A DNA stretch of 64,000 nucleotides from Mobula hypostoma (Eukaryota). The stretch is taken from the NCBI RefSeq assembly GCF_963921235.1, contig NC_086109.1:15564001-15628000 (forward strand), written 5' to 3'. Position 1 is the first letter of the stretch. Every line of letters begins with the position of its first letter. Both the position numbers and the translations under genes were made by a program. Under the pieces are notes generated by a model, which was not told the DNA's origin, made no database searches, and was given only the letters and a program-made list of their open reading frames with translations. Positions 12,911-25,554 of the stretch are shown here, one piece after another.

Positions 12911-14086
12911 AAGGCATGGAAACTGGCATTAGCCACACTTATCTGCTCAGCAAATAACAGCTGATCTTCTACCCCCTTCCTCATTCTCATTCCATTATTC
13001 CTTGATTCTCAAAGATTCCAAGAATGCAGCATCTGTAGGAATGTTACTTCTCCTGGATCAAGAGAAGAGGGCGAGGATTGAGAAGTCCAAGCGGGCAAGA
13101 TGCCTATGCCATTCCAAGCCCCTCCCTCCATGTTCCTCTCTAAATGTTGTAATTGTGCCTAACCTGACCACTTCCTCTGGCAGCTCATTCTGGTAATCAG
13201 CACCCTCAGTATTAATTTTTATATGCATAGTTTTTCTTCTTTTGCACATCGAATCCAAATCAGAATCAAAATCAGGTTTAATATCACCGGCATATGTTGT
13301 GAAATTTGTTAACTTTGTGGCAGCAGTCCAATGCAATACATGATAATAGAGAAACAGAAATGTGAATGACAGTAAGTATGTATATGTTAAGTAGGTAAAT
13401 TAAGTAAGTGCAAAAAATGTAGTGAGGTGGAGTCTTTGCCTGTTTATGTTTTTTTTGTAATTTCTATTGTATTTCTTTTTACTTATGAATTTACTTTGAA
13501 TTTTGAGTTTTTTTTAAATGCTTGCAAAAATTATCTCAAGGTAGTATATAGTAATATGCACTGAATGTACATTTGGTAATAAAGTTATTTTGAACTTTTG
13601 AAGTTTGACGGTCTGCTTACAGGTCAGTGAGGATGGGAATGGATGAGTGCAATCCGATCAGTCTGGGCATTGCCAGCAGAGCTATCATGGCCAGTGCTAT
13701 AGTCGGCAGTGACATGGTTTTCAGACAGGATGAGAAGGTATGGCTTACGGTAGTTTGCCTCCGTCAACTAGAAATCATTGATACGCACATCTCAGAGAAA
13801 AGGTCATTGTCTTCATCCTGCCCAGAAAAGGCTAATCACAAATCACAGCTTTCAGTCCTTTGGCCTCCATAGACAAGCACAACCAGGTAGTTTTTGAAAA
13901 TGGAGAGGGATTTTCCTGAACCACCCTTCCAGAGAGTGAGCTTCAGTTCCTCACACTTACCCAGCTATTGAGTGGGACTAACTTTCATTAACTCTCCTTT
14001 ATTCCTTCTGCTGTTTATCATGTGTTTATCTCCACTAGTTACTGGGATCTCTGAGGATGGAATTGGGATCTTCCTGTTCACTCTAT

Positions 14087-14688
14087 TGAGGTCCTCCATT
14101 GGTCAGGTGAACCATGGATAAACTGTCTACATGATATGCAAGCCTAGGCAGTACAATATGGAGAGCAAGCTGCTGCCCATGTAGGAGGCTCCCCATCTCC
14201 GTGCAACTGATGAATGCAAGAGAACGGCAGAGACCAATGCAGTTTGACACCAGCAGCATCGCAGGAGTTGCAGGTCGCTGTTGAGCTCACATAAGACTGC
14301 TTTAGGGACTCCAGCTCCAGATTATTCCTCATGGTTTTCTCCCAAAGCCTCTCCCGTGAATGGGTATAGCCACAAAGCTGCAGCGGTTTGAGATCAGCAT
14401 TTTCCTCCTTCTAGATGAGCTGCAGCCATGGCTGATGAGCCCCATCTGCCCCAAGTGACTGGTTTTAATGTGCCAGTAAACTCCTCCTCCCCCCCCCCCC
14501 CACTACACATTGCCCTTTCTCCTGTCAGTAGAAGTGGTTCCACCAGGCTTAGGAGCTAAATCAAACGTGAAGGCCAGAAGCTGGACTTGATTGTCAGAGA
14601 CTATTAGGGGCGTCTCCTTTGGAAGTATTTAATTAATAGTGGGAGCTTATCTCCACTACCACCCATAGATATAACACCCTTAGAAACC
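14087..14688 (-). mobile_element. Non-autonomous RTE-like element, full length between TSDs
   Basis: TSD CTGTTCAC(T/C)CTAT at 14074-14086 and 14689-14701; RTE 5'-type motif GCAGCTCATCTAGAAGGAGGAAAA (minus, 14400-14423); no ORF. Confidence 0.7.
14519..14688 (-). ncRNA. Candidate HDV-like self-cleaving ribozyme (variant)
   Basis: P1 GGUUUC/GGAACC, P2 CUUCUG/CAGGAG, P3 GCC/GGU, L3 starting UUCACG, J4/2 CUGA, all in nested double-pseudoknot order; G1 at the element 5' boundary. Confidence 0.65.
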
Positions 14689-14887
14689 CTGTTCACCCTA
14701 TAACCTTTACACTAATTGAATCTCTTCTCAATATTTCTGTTCCAAAGAATTCAACGGTGGATCAATCAGTCTTTCCCCATAACTAAACCAATCCAGACTG
14801 AACTCCCCCTTATACACCTGTCACCTCTCTGGCTGCGACTACATATTTGCTGTCACATGGTGATTAAAACACTATACTGGATATCTG

Positions 14888-15390
14888 AACACAGGAGAAT
14901 CTTCAGCTGCTGGAAATCCAGAGCAACACACAGAAAATGCTGGAGGAACTCAGCAGGCCAGGTAGGATCTATGGAAATGACTGATTAGTCAATGTTTTGG
15001 ACTGAGAGCCTTCATCGGGACTGGAAACGAGTGAGGAAGACGCCAGAATAAAAAAAGGCGAGAGGAGGGGAAGGAGGTCTAGCTGGAAGGTGATGCCAGG
15101 TGGATGGGAAAGGTAAAGGGCTTGAGAAGAAGGAATCTGACAGGAGAGGAGAGAGTACAGTGAGCACAATGGGAGAAAGAGAAGAAGGAGGGACACTAGG
15201 GGGAGGTGATAGGCAGGTGAGGAAAGGGTAAGAGGTCAGAGTGGGGAATAGAAGAAGAGAGAAGGGTGGGGGGGGGGCGTGCCTGGAATTAATTAATTAA
15301 TTACTGGAAGGAGAAATCAATCTTTATGCCATGATGTTGGAGGCTACTTAATATGAGGTGTTGCCCTACCAACCTGAGAGTGGCATTAGC
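14888..15390 (-). mobile_element. PLE 3' fragment with degenerate hammerhead
   Basis: Same pLTR family as 40-630; hammerhead remnant at 14986-15023. Confidence 0.7.
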
Positions 15391-15814
15391 TATACTGCCC
15401 CTCTGTTGGTGTTTTACCCACATCACAGCACCACACTACTTTGATAGTCAGTTCCTTAATCAATAACGAAAGGGCACAAGATGACATATGGAAAGATGAG
15501 ATCAAAGGATTGCTAACTAATAACTTAACTCAATCAACAGTACTGTAGTTACTTCTGGGAATAACAACTGTTGGCTGCTACTTGAAATAATGTGAATTAA
15601 TTTTATTAGCAGAGCGCTTTGAAGTTATCTGATGTGTGTCCCATGGGGAAATTGTGACAGAGGCACAAGCAAAATTCATGCCAGCAAACGAGTTTAATTA
15701 GTTAGTTTAATTAGGTGTCATTAGCTTAATTAGTTCAGCACAACATCGTGGGGTGAAGGGCTTGTTCCTGTGCTGTGTTCTATGAAATGCCCAGTTACAT
15801 TTACAAAATGGTTC

Positions 15815-16280
15815 AAAATAGAGTCATAGAGAAGTACAGCACAGAAAATGGCCCTTTGGCTCATCAGTCTATGCTGAAACCATTTAAACAGCCTACACCC
15901 ATCGACCTGCACCAGGACCATAACCCTCCATACTCCTACCATCCGTGTACCTATCCAAACCTTCCTTAAACGTTGAAATCGAGCTTACATGCACCACTTG
16001 TGTTGGCATCTCATTCCACACTCTCACGACCCTCTGACTGAAGTAGTTTCACCTCATGTTCACTTTAAACTTCCCACCTATCATCCTTAACACATGACCT
16101 CCAGTTGCAGTCCCACTCAACCTCAGTGGAAAAGTCTGCTTGTATTAACCCTATTTATACCCCTCATAATTTTGTATACCTCTATCAAATCTCCTCACAA
16201 TCTTCTACACCCTAAAGAATATAGTCCTAACTTATACAATCTTTCCTTATAACTCAGGTCCCTCAGACCTTGTAACATAC
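15815..16280 (-). mobile_element. CR1 LINE 3' fragment
   Basis: Reverse complement of CR1 ORF2 C-terminus and 3' UTR. Confidence 0.65.
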
Positions 16281-16446
16281 ATTTACTTTTTGTCTTTGTA
16301 AATAATTTGAAAAAACTTGTTCTCACACATCACACCAGGAAAAGTGGCTCATTAGTCATTGAGTACAAAACTAACCAGCCCGTAGAGTTGAATTTCTGGC
16401 CTATTTTAGATGATGCCACATTAATAAGCATCTATAGGAAGAGGCG

Positions 16447-16484
16447 CAGTCGACGTTTCAGGCCGAGACCCTTCGTCAGGACTA
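16447..16484 (-). ncRNA. Minimal type I hammerhead ribozyme, intact core
   Basis: UAGUC-CUGACGA-A-GGGU(CUCG)GCCU-GAAA-CGUC-GACUG; GUC cleavage triplet. Confidence 0.85.
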
Positions 16485-16520
16485 ACTGAAGGAAGAGTGA
16501 GTACTCACTCTTCCTTCAGT

Positions 16521-16558
16521 TAGTCCTGACGAAGGGTCTCGGCCTGAAACGTTGACTG
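16521..16558 (+). ncRNA. Minimal type I hammerhead ribozyme
   Basis: UAGUC-CUGACGA-A-GGGU(CUCG)GCCU-GAAA-CGUU-GACUG. Confidence 0.8.
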
Positions 16559-16739
16559 CGCCTCTTCCTATAGATGCTGCTTGGCCTGCTGCGTTCACCA
16601 GCAACTTTGATGTGTGTTGCTTGAATTTCCAGCATCTGCAGAATTCCTGTTGTTGTCCACATTAATAAGCACCACTTTGGCAATTTAGCAAGAGAGATGC
16701 CCAATTGTACAGACTTAAATCTGTGAGATAACGGTAGAA

Positions 16740-17235
16740 TTCTGGTCACTCCTTTATAGGAAGGATGTGGATGCTTCAGAAAGGGTGCAGAAGGGGTTTC
16801 CCAAGATACTGCCTGGATTAGAGGGTGTAAGCTACAAGTAGAGGCTGGACAAACTTGGGTTGTTTTTTTGTTTTCTGGAGTGCCAAAGGCTGAGTTTACT
16901 CAATAATGAGAGTCAAATAGATGTGGAGAATCTTTTTCTCTGGGTAGAAATGTCACGCACTAAAGTACGTGCATTTAAGGTGAGAAGGGGAAAGTTTCAA
17001 GGAAACGTGCACAGCAAGAGATTTTACAGAGAATGGTCCGTGCCTGGAACAAACTGCCAGGGGTGATAGTGAAAGCAGATAAGATAGTGGCATTTAAAAG
17101 GCTGTTAGATAGACACATAAATGTGCAGGTAATGATGGGATATGGGTCAGTAAGGGCTGAAAGGATTTGATTTAATTATGCATCATGCTTGGTACAGACA
17201 CCATGGGCCAAAGGGTCTGTACTTGTGCTGGAAGC
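16740..17235 (+). mobile_element. Degraded CR1 LINE 3' fragment
   Basis: AGGAAGGATGTGGATGCTTCAGAAAGGGTGCAGAAGGGG and downstream CR1 C-terminal/UTR sequence. Confidence 0.65.
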
Positions 17236-17409
17236 TTCTAAATTGGAGAGTGGCCTTGAGCTGATTCTATTCTGAGAGCTGTCAGATACAAGTACGAATG
17301 CAAACAAAAATAACTTGCATTTAAATAGCACCTTCAACCCAGTAAAATACCTTAGGCAGGTTCATACTGAAACAAAATCTGCCAGCCAGAAGGTCAAGCT
17401 TCGGAAATG

Positions 17410-17493
17410 AGAGGAAAAAAAGTGAGAGGGGGAGAGGGAGAGGGTGAGAGATAGAGGGTTAGAGATAGAGAGATGGATTGAGAGAGAGACAGA

Positions 17494-17581
<88 letters not shown>

Positions 17582-17820
17582 AATAGGGAGAGAGAGAGAA
17601 ACAAAGAGAAACAGAGGGAAATGAACCCAGAGAGAGAGAGGGGAAGAGAGATAACAAGAAATAAACAGAAAGAGAGTGAGAGAGAGAATGAAAGTGCAAG
17701 GAAGGGTATGACACACCAAGCAATACAGGGAATAAGAGAATGAGACGGCAAGAGAGGATGATAGAGGCAGAGAGAGAGAAAGAGAGAGAGTAAGAGACAG
17801 AGTGTGAGAGAGGGGATGGG
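17410..17820. repeat. Purine-rich low-complexity tract with compound (GT)n(GA)n microsatellite
   Basis: (GT)n at 17496-17536 followed by (GA)n; GA-rich flanks. Confidence 0.95.
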
Positions 17821-17829
17821 AAAAGGTAT

Positions 17830-18130
17830 AGGGCAGCAAGGTAGTGTAGTGGCTAACACAATACTTAACACTGCAGGAGACTTGGGTTTAATTCTTGATG
17901 CTGCCTGTCAGGAGCTTGTACATTCTCCCCGTGACTGTGTGGGTTTTCTCCAGGTGCCCTGGTTTCCTCCCACAGTCCAAAGATGTACCAGTTGATAGGT
18001 TAATTGGTCATTGTAAATTGTCCTGGCGATTAGGTTAGGATTAAATCGGAGGTTGCTAGGCAACGTGGATTGAAGGGCCGGAAGAGCCTATTCCACAAGG
18101 TATCACAATAAATAAAAAAATAAACAATAA
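17830..18130 (+). mobile_element. tRNA-derived V-domain/HE1-like SINE
   Basis: A/B-box-like head, GGTTTCCTCCCACAGTCCAAAGA core, LINE-like tail and A-rich end. Confidence 0.75.
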
Positions 18131-21100
18131 GTTCCAGAGTTTAAGGCATTGACCCACCATGTGGAGTAGTCAAGGAGTCAAGGATCTGCAAGGAACCAGA
18201 ATAGGAGAAGCTCAGAGGCTCTGAGGGTTGAAGGGCTGGCAGTGACAGAAATGAGGAACATTTTATTTTCCCCTGCTGTCATTTGCCACATACTGAGCAA
18301 CACCAAAGTTTACCAAGGCTCCCTGTAGGAGAACAAGCGTGCATCTGTTGAGATCAATGATGTAAATCTGTGGGTGGCATTCACTGTGAAATCTCTCGGC
18401 TGTGTTCAGGCAGACCAGCAAGTGCCTCGTTCTTTATTCTTTAACTTATTTTCTGAGGCAACTCAGCAGGCTCAAGTGCAAAATTAATTGAGTCTGGTCT
18501 CAGGCTAATAATTCTGAGTGGAATTCTAATGAATATTAATAAATCTTGAGGATTTATGGCACCTTGCTGATGAGATTTCTTCAGTTTTGCTTCATTTTTT
18601 TTGTGAACTGGAAGCTTGTTGAGAGAATACAATCACTTTAATGGGCTCTCTCTTTTTTACCTCACCCTCCCTTTTTTATCTTTCCCTGGGTGACCAACCT
18701 CATTCCCTAGTTTCTGCTCAAATGCCCTTTTCCCTCAGATTCATTTTTCATTTTCCACATTTTCCCTTCTTCTGGTTCAAAGTTCGAAGTTCAAGGTAAA
18801 TATATTATCAGAGTACATATAGGCCACATATACTACCCTGAGACTTATTTTCTTGCAGGCATTTATCGTAGAACAAAGAAATAGGATAAAATCAATGAAA
18901 AACAGCACACAAAGACTGACAAACAACCAGTGTGCAAATGAAGGAACATTGTGCAAATAGAAAATTAATAAACAAATAATAATAGTAATAACCAAATAAG
19001 TAAGTAAATAATACTGAGAACATGAGTTGTAGAGTCCTTGAAAGTGAGTCCATAGGTTGAGGAGAACGTGGTGGAGTCCTAAACCCATCTCTGCATACAC
19101 AGATTTTTACTCTCTCTGGCTTAATTAGATCCTATTTTGCCCACACCACTCCTCTTTCCCCTTCTGCCACCTCTATCAAGTCCTAATTGGGGATGCCTGG
19201 GCGTCAAAAGACGTGCAAGTAAAGCAAAGCACTCCTCCACTGCCTGAGAAACCAGACTTTCAGTCTGTTCCATTGGGGCTTGGGGGCCAGCCAACTGTTG
19301 TTGTCTGGGACCCGGGGATGAAATTTAGGTCATGATACCTTTGCAATCCTCTCCTGAGATTTGTGTGTTCACCCAAACTAGCCTCTCATTTCTCTTCAGT
19401 TTCTTCTATGGTTGCTGCTTCCAACAACATTGCTGATTCTCATTCCAAAAGCAAGATACCGCTGATGCTAAAAACCTGAAAAGAAAGTTTAAAAGCAGAG
19501 GAATGGCTGGGTAACAACTATAGAGAGGAAGCAGGTGAATTAAATGTTGATGAACAATTGGGTTTGAAGGAAGGTTATCTAAGACCTGAAGCCTGTATTT
19601 CTCTCTCCACAGATGCTGCCTGACCTGTTGTGTATTTCCACCATGTTATAGCATGGAAACAACTGATCATTATCACAATGCCCCCAGGACTTGTTAGTGT
19701 GCTGCCATCAGAACTGTCACCTTTTCAGAGTATGCACTTGCCGTAAAGAACTTCAGATATTTTGAGATCATCTATGTCTCCAATAAGTTGTAAGATATTT
19801 CTTGCTTTTTTTTGTACAGGTTATGAGCTATTAGATTCCCTCTGCCATTCTGTTTTCTTCTTTAAGAAACTTCATAAATGCCATCACTTAATCATTCCTA
19901 TCGACAGCTTTTCCTTTGTCCTACTGTCTGATTCCAGCGATGCTCAGAGGACGGTGAGAATGTGGAATGAGCTGCAAGCAGATGTGGTGGATGCAATTTC
20001 AACATTTAAGAGAAAATTAGATAGGTACATGCATGGAGAGGTATGGAGTGTTATGTTCCGGGTGCAGATTGATAGGACTAAGCAGATTAATATTTTGGCA
20101 AGGACTAGATGGGAAAAAGGATCTGATTGTGTGCTACAGTGTTCTGTAGCTGTATATGACTCTATTGCAAATTAGTATATCTCAGAGTTGTATCCTGCAT
20201 ACATACTTTGATAATAAATGTACCTTGAACCTTGAACTTTGAACCCTTGAGATTTCATTTACCACACGTACATCAGAACATACAGTGAAATGCAACCAAC
20301 TTGGTGAGTCACCCTGGGAATATTTTACTCTGTTACTAGTACTATATGAAGACAAGTTATTGATGTCCCCATCACCAACTTCATTAAAATGAGCGTGTTG
20401 TATGCGAATTGCAGCTACCAGGAGAAGTGCCAGATTAAAATTGTTGGGTTGCTCCTGCTTTAAAGAGCTTGACTCACATGGATATAATTTGTTTCATGGT
20501 TTTCATTCTGTTTGCAGTTCAATAGAAGATTGACTGCCACAAATACTATGCTTACTAGATAATCTCAGCCGCGATCTTATGTAAACCTTAATAATAGAAT
20601 TCAAGAACCATAAATTGTTGCAATAAATTTGACACATATGACACCATAATAATAAAGCAGTACAAAACTGGGTTGATATTTTAAACCCACTCACATCAAA
20701 GGAATGATTCTACTGACCGGAAGCTGTTCCATTATTGAAGGTTTGAATGACATGATATATTTTGTAACCTGCGGATATTATTACTTTTAATAAAAATTCA
20801 CTTCCTGTCATTTGTGGTGGAGCATTTTAAAACTCACTAGATTCCTTTCCCACCAGCAGTTAAGAGGGCACTTAAATATATAGAAGGTAGTCTGTGATTG
20901 AAGAATTGATCTTTGAAGAAAAACAAAACTTAAAAAAAATTTTGACTGCTTAAGCTGAGATCTTTAATCTTCTCAAGGAATTTTCCCTAAGCTAAAATCA
21001 ATTCATCATTGGGGACTTCGCTGGTGTTACATATTCTGCAAAATATTCATTTTCCTATTCCTACACTCTTATAAAATTCTTTTCTGTCCAAAAATAGATA

Positions 21101-21602
21101 TACCCCAATCCTAGGTTTTCCCATGTGTCTCATTTTTGGAAATAAATAATAACATCGGAATAGACAGCAGTGGAAAGATAAATGGCTATCTTGCAAAATA
21201 CAATGATCAAACTGTGCCTTGTACATCTACGTGGAAAATGCAAGAACTTTCTGAAATATAATAGATGCAACAACAATAGTAAAGCAAGTGGAAATCTAGG
21301 CCTCAGATGAAGTGTTGGATTCAGGTCTTCCTTAGATTCATTTCTAGTGGGCTGAGTCAGAATCATATTCAATGAAGATCAAGATGAGAGTTAGGTGATT
21401 ATTTTTCCTCAACTAGAGCTGTCAGTATTTTATATCTACTACTTTCGTGCCTATTGAGCAGAAATAATTACTTCAAGTAAAAGTACTATTATTTTTAATT
21501 GAACAAATAGCAAATATTGAAGAAGAGAAGATTGGTCCCATTGAAATTTTGGTCCCTTACACAGGTCCATTGCATTAAGCAAGTCAAAGTCAAAGTAAAT
21601 TT

Positions 21603-21822
21603 GGATAGGTCAAAACCAACTCTATAATCAAGACTTCGCTGGATCGCTGAAGGGCAGAGGAAACATGGGAGATCAAAGACAACTTGGCCCCATACCATAG
21701 AGGCAGAAATAAGGACCCTGAACCGCACCTGGAGCACAATAGAGAAGATGGCCTAGGACAGACAGAGATGGAGGATCTTCATTGTCACCCTAAACGCCTG
21801 TGGTTTAACAGGCAGTAACTAA
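21603..21822 (+). mobile_element. 5'-truncated RTE LINE 3' end with 47-bp flanking duplication
   Basis: Degenerate RTE C-terminus (EGQRKHGRSKTTW..W.TIEKMA.DRQRWR), (TAAC)n tail; repeats 21556-21602 and 21823-21869. Confidence 0.75.
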
Positions 21823-21869
21823 CTTACACAGGCCTATTGCATTAAGTAAGTCAAAGTCAAAGTAAATTT

Positions 21870-22390
21870 AGTATCAAAGTACATACATGTCACATATACT
21901 ACTTTGAAATTCATTTTCTTGCAAGCATTTACAGGAAAATAAAGAAATGCAATAGAAGTTATGAAAAACTATACATTAACAAAGACTGACAAACAACCAG
22001 TGTATAAATCATCAGTGTGCAAATTATAAAAACATACATACATAAGCAATGCCAAGAACATGAGTTATAGAGACTTGGAAAGTGTGTCTAAAGGTTGTGG
22101 AATATGTTCAGAGATGAGGAGAGTGATGCTATCCATGCCAGTTTAGAAGCCTGATAAGTGAAGGGTAATAACTGTTCCTAAACCTGGTGGTATGGGAGGT
22201 AAGGCTCCTGTTCCTCCTTCCTGATGGCAGCAGCAAGAAGAGAGTATGGCTTGGATAGTGGAGTCGTTCGTGATTAAAACTGCTCTCTTCTGGCAGTGCT
22301 CCTTGTAAGTATGCTTAATGGTGGGGAGGGCTTTTCCTGTAATGGACTGGGCTGTATCCATCACCTTTTGTACACATTTCCATGCTCGGA
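21870..22390 (-). mobile_element. Rex1/Babar-like LINE 3' fragment
   Basis: QKVMDTAQSITGKALPTI in ORF 22143..22490. Confidence 0.65.
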
Positions 22391-24471
22391 CTCTTTTGAT
22401 ATCCTTGTGATTTGGTGTTTTGTATTCTGTGTTTTTTGCTTGTTTTTGTTTTTTTTTGCTGTTTGTGTGATTTGTTCTTTTTTTTTGCATGTTAGGGGTT
22501 TCGATGTTTTTTTTTCTTTAAACGGGTTCCATGGTGGGTTTTTTTTTTGTTTTGTGGCTGTCTGTGGGAAGATGAATCTTAGGATTATATTCTGCATGCA
22601 TACTTTGATAATAAATGTACTTTGAATTTTTGAATCCTGGGTATTGGTGCTTCCATACCAGGTTGTATTCTAAGCTGTAATATTGCCAAGAAGGCATACA
22701 CTGTAAAGAAGCATGCCAGGGATGAAGGGTAGTGCAGAGGACTGCAACAATCTCCATTGGAGGTTCTCTCATTTCTTCTTGATATTTGCAGTAGAATGAA
22801 GCAAAATGTTTATTTTCCACACGACCTCACAGATTACATGCAACACACATCAAAGTTGCTGGTGAACGCAACAGGCCAGGCAGCATCTCTAGGAAGAGGT
22901 ACAGTCGACGTTTCGGGCCGAGACCCTTGTTATTCTCTTCTTGTGAGGGTGCTGGCCATTTTCCAGAAGTAGTCTGTCACTCTTATAGATTGTTGAGACA
23001 CGGCCATTCCTCCTCTGTTAGTTCATTGCCCATTTGTATCTTAACAGTTCCATTCCATTGTATAGCCCAGAGTCAGACCAATCCCTGTCCATATCCCATG
23101 CCTATACCCTGCTTGTTCCTTGCCCACAAACAGGCAGCTCCCTGTACATCTTCCCATTATTCCTTCCAATATTCCACTCATACTATATCCATTGGCTGTC
23201 CATACCCAGTCCATAGCTTAGCTCTTCCTTTTCAACAGTCTGTAGATAGAACATAATACACAACAGCACAGTATAGGCCCACGGCCCATGATGTTGTGCC
23301 AACCTTTTAACCTACTCTAAGATCAATCTAACTCTTCACTTCTAGACAACCCTCCATTTTTCCATCATCCATGTGTCTATATAAGTGTTGCTTAAATGTC
23401 CCTAATGTATCTGCCTCAACACCACTCCTGGCAGGGTGTCCCACACACACACCACTCTCTTTGTAAAAAACCTACCACTGACATCCCCTCTATACTTTCC
23501 TAGAATCACCTTAAAGCTATGCCCCCTCATGTTAGCCATTTCTGCCCTGGGAAAAAGACTCTGGCTGTTCACTCTATCTTTGTTCTTGTCATCTTGTATT
23601 ACTCAATCAAGTCTCCTCTGTAGTGTTAGGGGAAATGAATTCTGAGCGAGGGGATTTAAACCCCTTCAATAATCACTTCTCAGTTTAGACTTGTGAAGTT
23701 TTAATTCTCTGCCCCCTAGTGTTTTTGAACTTCTGCTGTACATTTTTAAATTATACACACAATGCTCTGTTCCAACATACACTGTCATGAGTGATAACTT
23801 GATTTGGCTGGTGATCTGAGTTACCTCCTCCCATTGAGATAATAATGGACTGCTTTAGATTTTCTTGGCATGACCATTCAGAGAGAGTGAAATGCTTCTG
23901 CTGTGAAAGCTTCGCCACAACAAAGGTTTTTAATAAAGAAGTCACAGGATTGAACTAAGCTGATTGACATTTTGATGAAACTAAAAAAAAGTCTTTAGAT
24001 CAGTAGACGTGGCCGGATATAAAATGAGAGAACTTGAAACATTCCCTGCTAATTCTGCAGCACAATCTGGTATGAGAGTAACCATACATCAGTATGTTAA
24101 AAAGAGATTAGTCTCCATATGTTCATTCATACGTTCGTTTAGTGCAGTGTTGTACGGCCTGGGTGATCCTGGTCTCACAACCATGTTTGTATTTGGCAAT
24201 TGTTTCTACAGAAGTGGTTTGCCATTGTTTTCTTCTGGGCAGTGTCTTTAAAAGACAGGTGACCCCAGCCGTTATCAATATTCTTCAGAGATTGTCTGTC
24301 TGGCGTCGGTGGTCACACAACCAGGACTTGTGATATGCACCAGCTGCTCATACAACCATCCACCATCTGCTCCTATGGCTTCACATGACCCTGATCGGGG
24401 GGACTAAGCAGGTACTACAGCTTTTCCCAGGGTGATCTGCGGGCTCGTGGCGGGGAAGAGTGCCTTATGCC

Positions 24472-25303
24472 CAATGTTTCCTCTAATTTGTAATGATCAG
24501 TAAGGGCTAAAATCCTATACTGTGCAATTCTTTTGCCCAATGACAACATGTGTGCACTGATTTTTTACGTGGAAGTAAACCTGAAGCTATTCTAAAGATA
24601 ATAAACTACCAAGTCCAGTTTGTTGTCATTGTTTTAAAAAAAATAAAATGACTGTCAATAATAACTTTGACCTCCTCTGGGTTTGATCATTTTCACTTTT
24701 GATCATCTGCACTCTCACGAAACGTACATAGAGTTCTGTAACGAGTAATGAAGGATTTTCTCACCAGAGCTTTTGCACACTGTCCGTATGTCATTTGCTT
24801 GCTAAATGATGCTTTAAAAAGTCAAGTTTCCAAGTATCACCTCCACATCTTCCCATTTGCAAATTCTCCAGCAACTTTTCCATCACATCAATACACACAG
24901 GTAACACCAGTTTCTGTATTGTGCATAAATGTTTCTCATAGCTGCATGTTCCTGACCTCATGACCTTTTGGTGTAGCACTTTCTACTGTTTCATTAAGCT
25001 AATCCACTTTAAATGAACTAGAGGTTCTTTTGTGCTTCACCCACTTCGGTTTTTTTTTGGAATTCGACATCGTGAATCAACAATTTCTTCAATAAAAACA
25101 GTATAAATAAGCCAGTTCTAAAATCTGCAGACAAATCATTGCAAGCTCCACGTTGACAACACCGCCTGTATCAGAAACCAGAAAAGGAACTGTGATTGTG
25201 TACGATCGTGAAATATACTTAACATGTCAATGAGGTCGAGGGTGACAAACTTTTGTGTGCAGTTCAAACTTCTTTGTGCACGCGCACCTTAGAGAGAACT
25301 TCA
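24472..25303 (-). mobile_element. Non-autonomous hAT (Tip100-like) element nested in a SINE-like repeat
   Basis: Imperfect TIRs CAATGTTTCCTCTAA / TTAGAGAGAACTTCA; disrupted N-terminal zinc-finger-like remnant (..DTWKLDFLKHHLASK) from ATG at ~25070; host repeat resumes at ~25304. Confidence 0.55.
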
Positions 25304-25554
25304 GTTACGTTTCCTTTGGTAGAGATGTATCTCCACCCCTGCCAACCCTCGCATGTACCTTCATGCAAGTGAACTGAATGTATTCTTTAAAAAATGTCTC
25401 AAGTCCTTCTGCACAGTGGATAAATTTGTTAATCAGAATCAGAATCCGGTTCAATATCACTGACGTATGTTGTGAAATTTGTTGTTTTGCGGCTGCAGTA
25501 CATTGCAATACATAATAATAAAAATCTGTGAACTACAGTAAATATATATACTGT

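Larger units (their letters stand above)
16431..16656. mobile_element. TSD-flanked palindromic mini-PLE with two inverted hammerheads
   Basis: TSD CCACATTAATAAGCA at 16416-16430 and 16657-16671; 76-nt arms 16427-16502 and 16503-16578 with one mismatch. Confidence 0.9.

Noticed and set aside
13617..13745. Possible exon (TTACAG...AAG/GTATGG) with an open frame
   Set aside because: Weak polypyrimidine tract, no recognisable protein and no partner exons
14204..14240. CTGATGA on the plus strand inside the RTE-like element as a hammerhead core
   Set aside because: No stem II followed by GAAA and no flanking stem I/III pairing
16427..16578. Palindrome as pre-miRNA or DNA-transposon MITE
   Set aside because: Arms are PLE pLTR sequence, the extension is asymmetric, and the long TSD fits retro-insertion
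17362..17871. Long ORFs with SL/TH/RE/CV repeats
   Set aside because: Translations of the (GT)n(GA)n microsatellite
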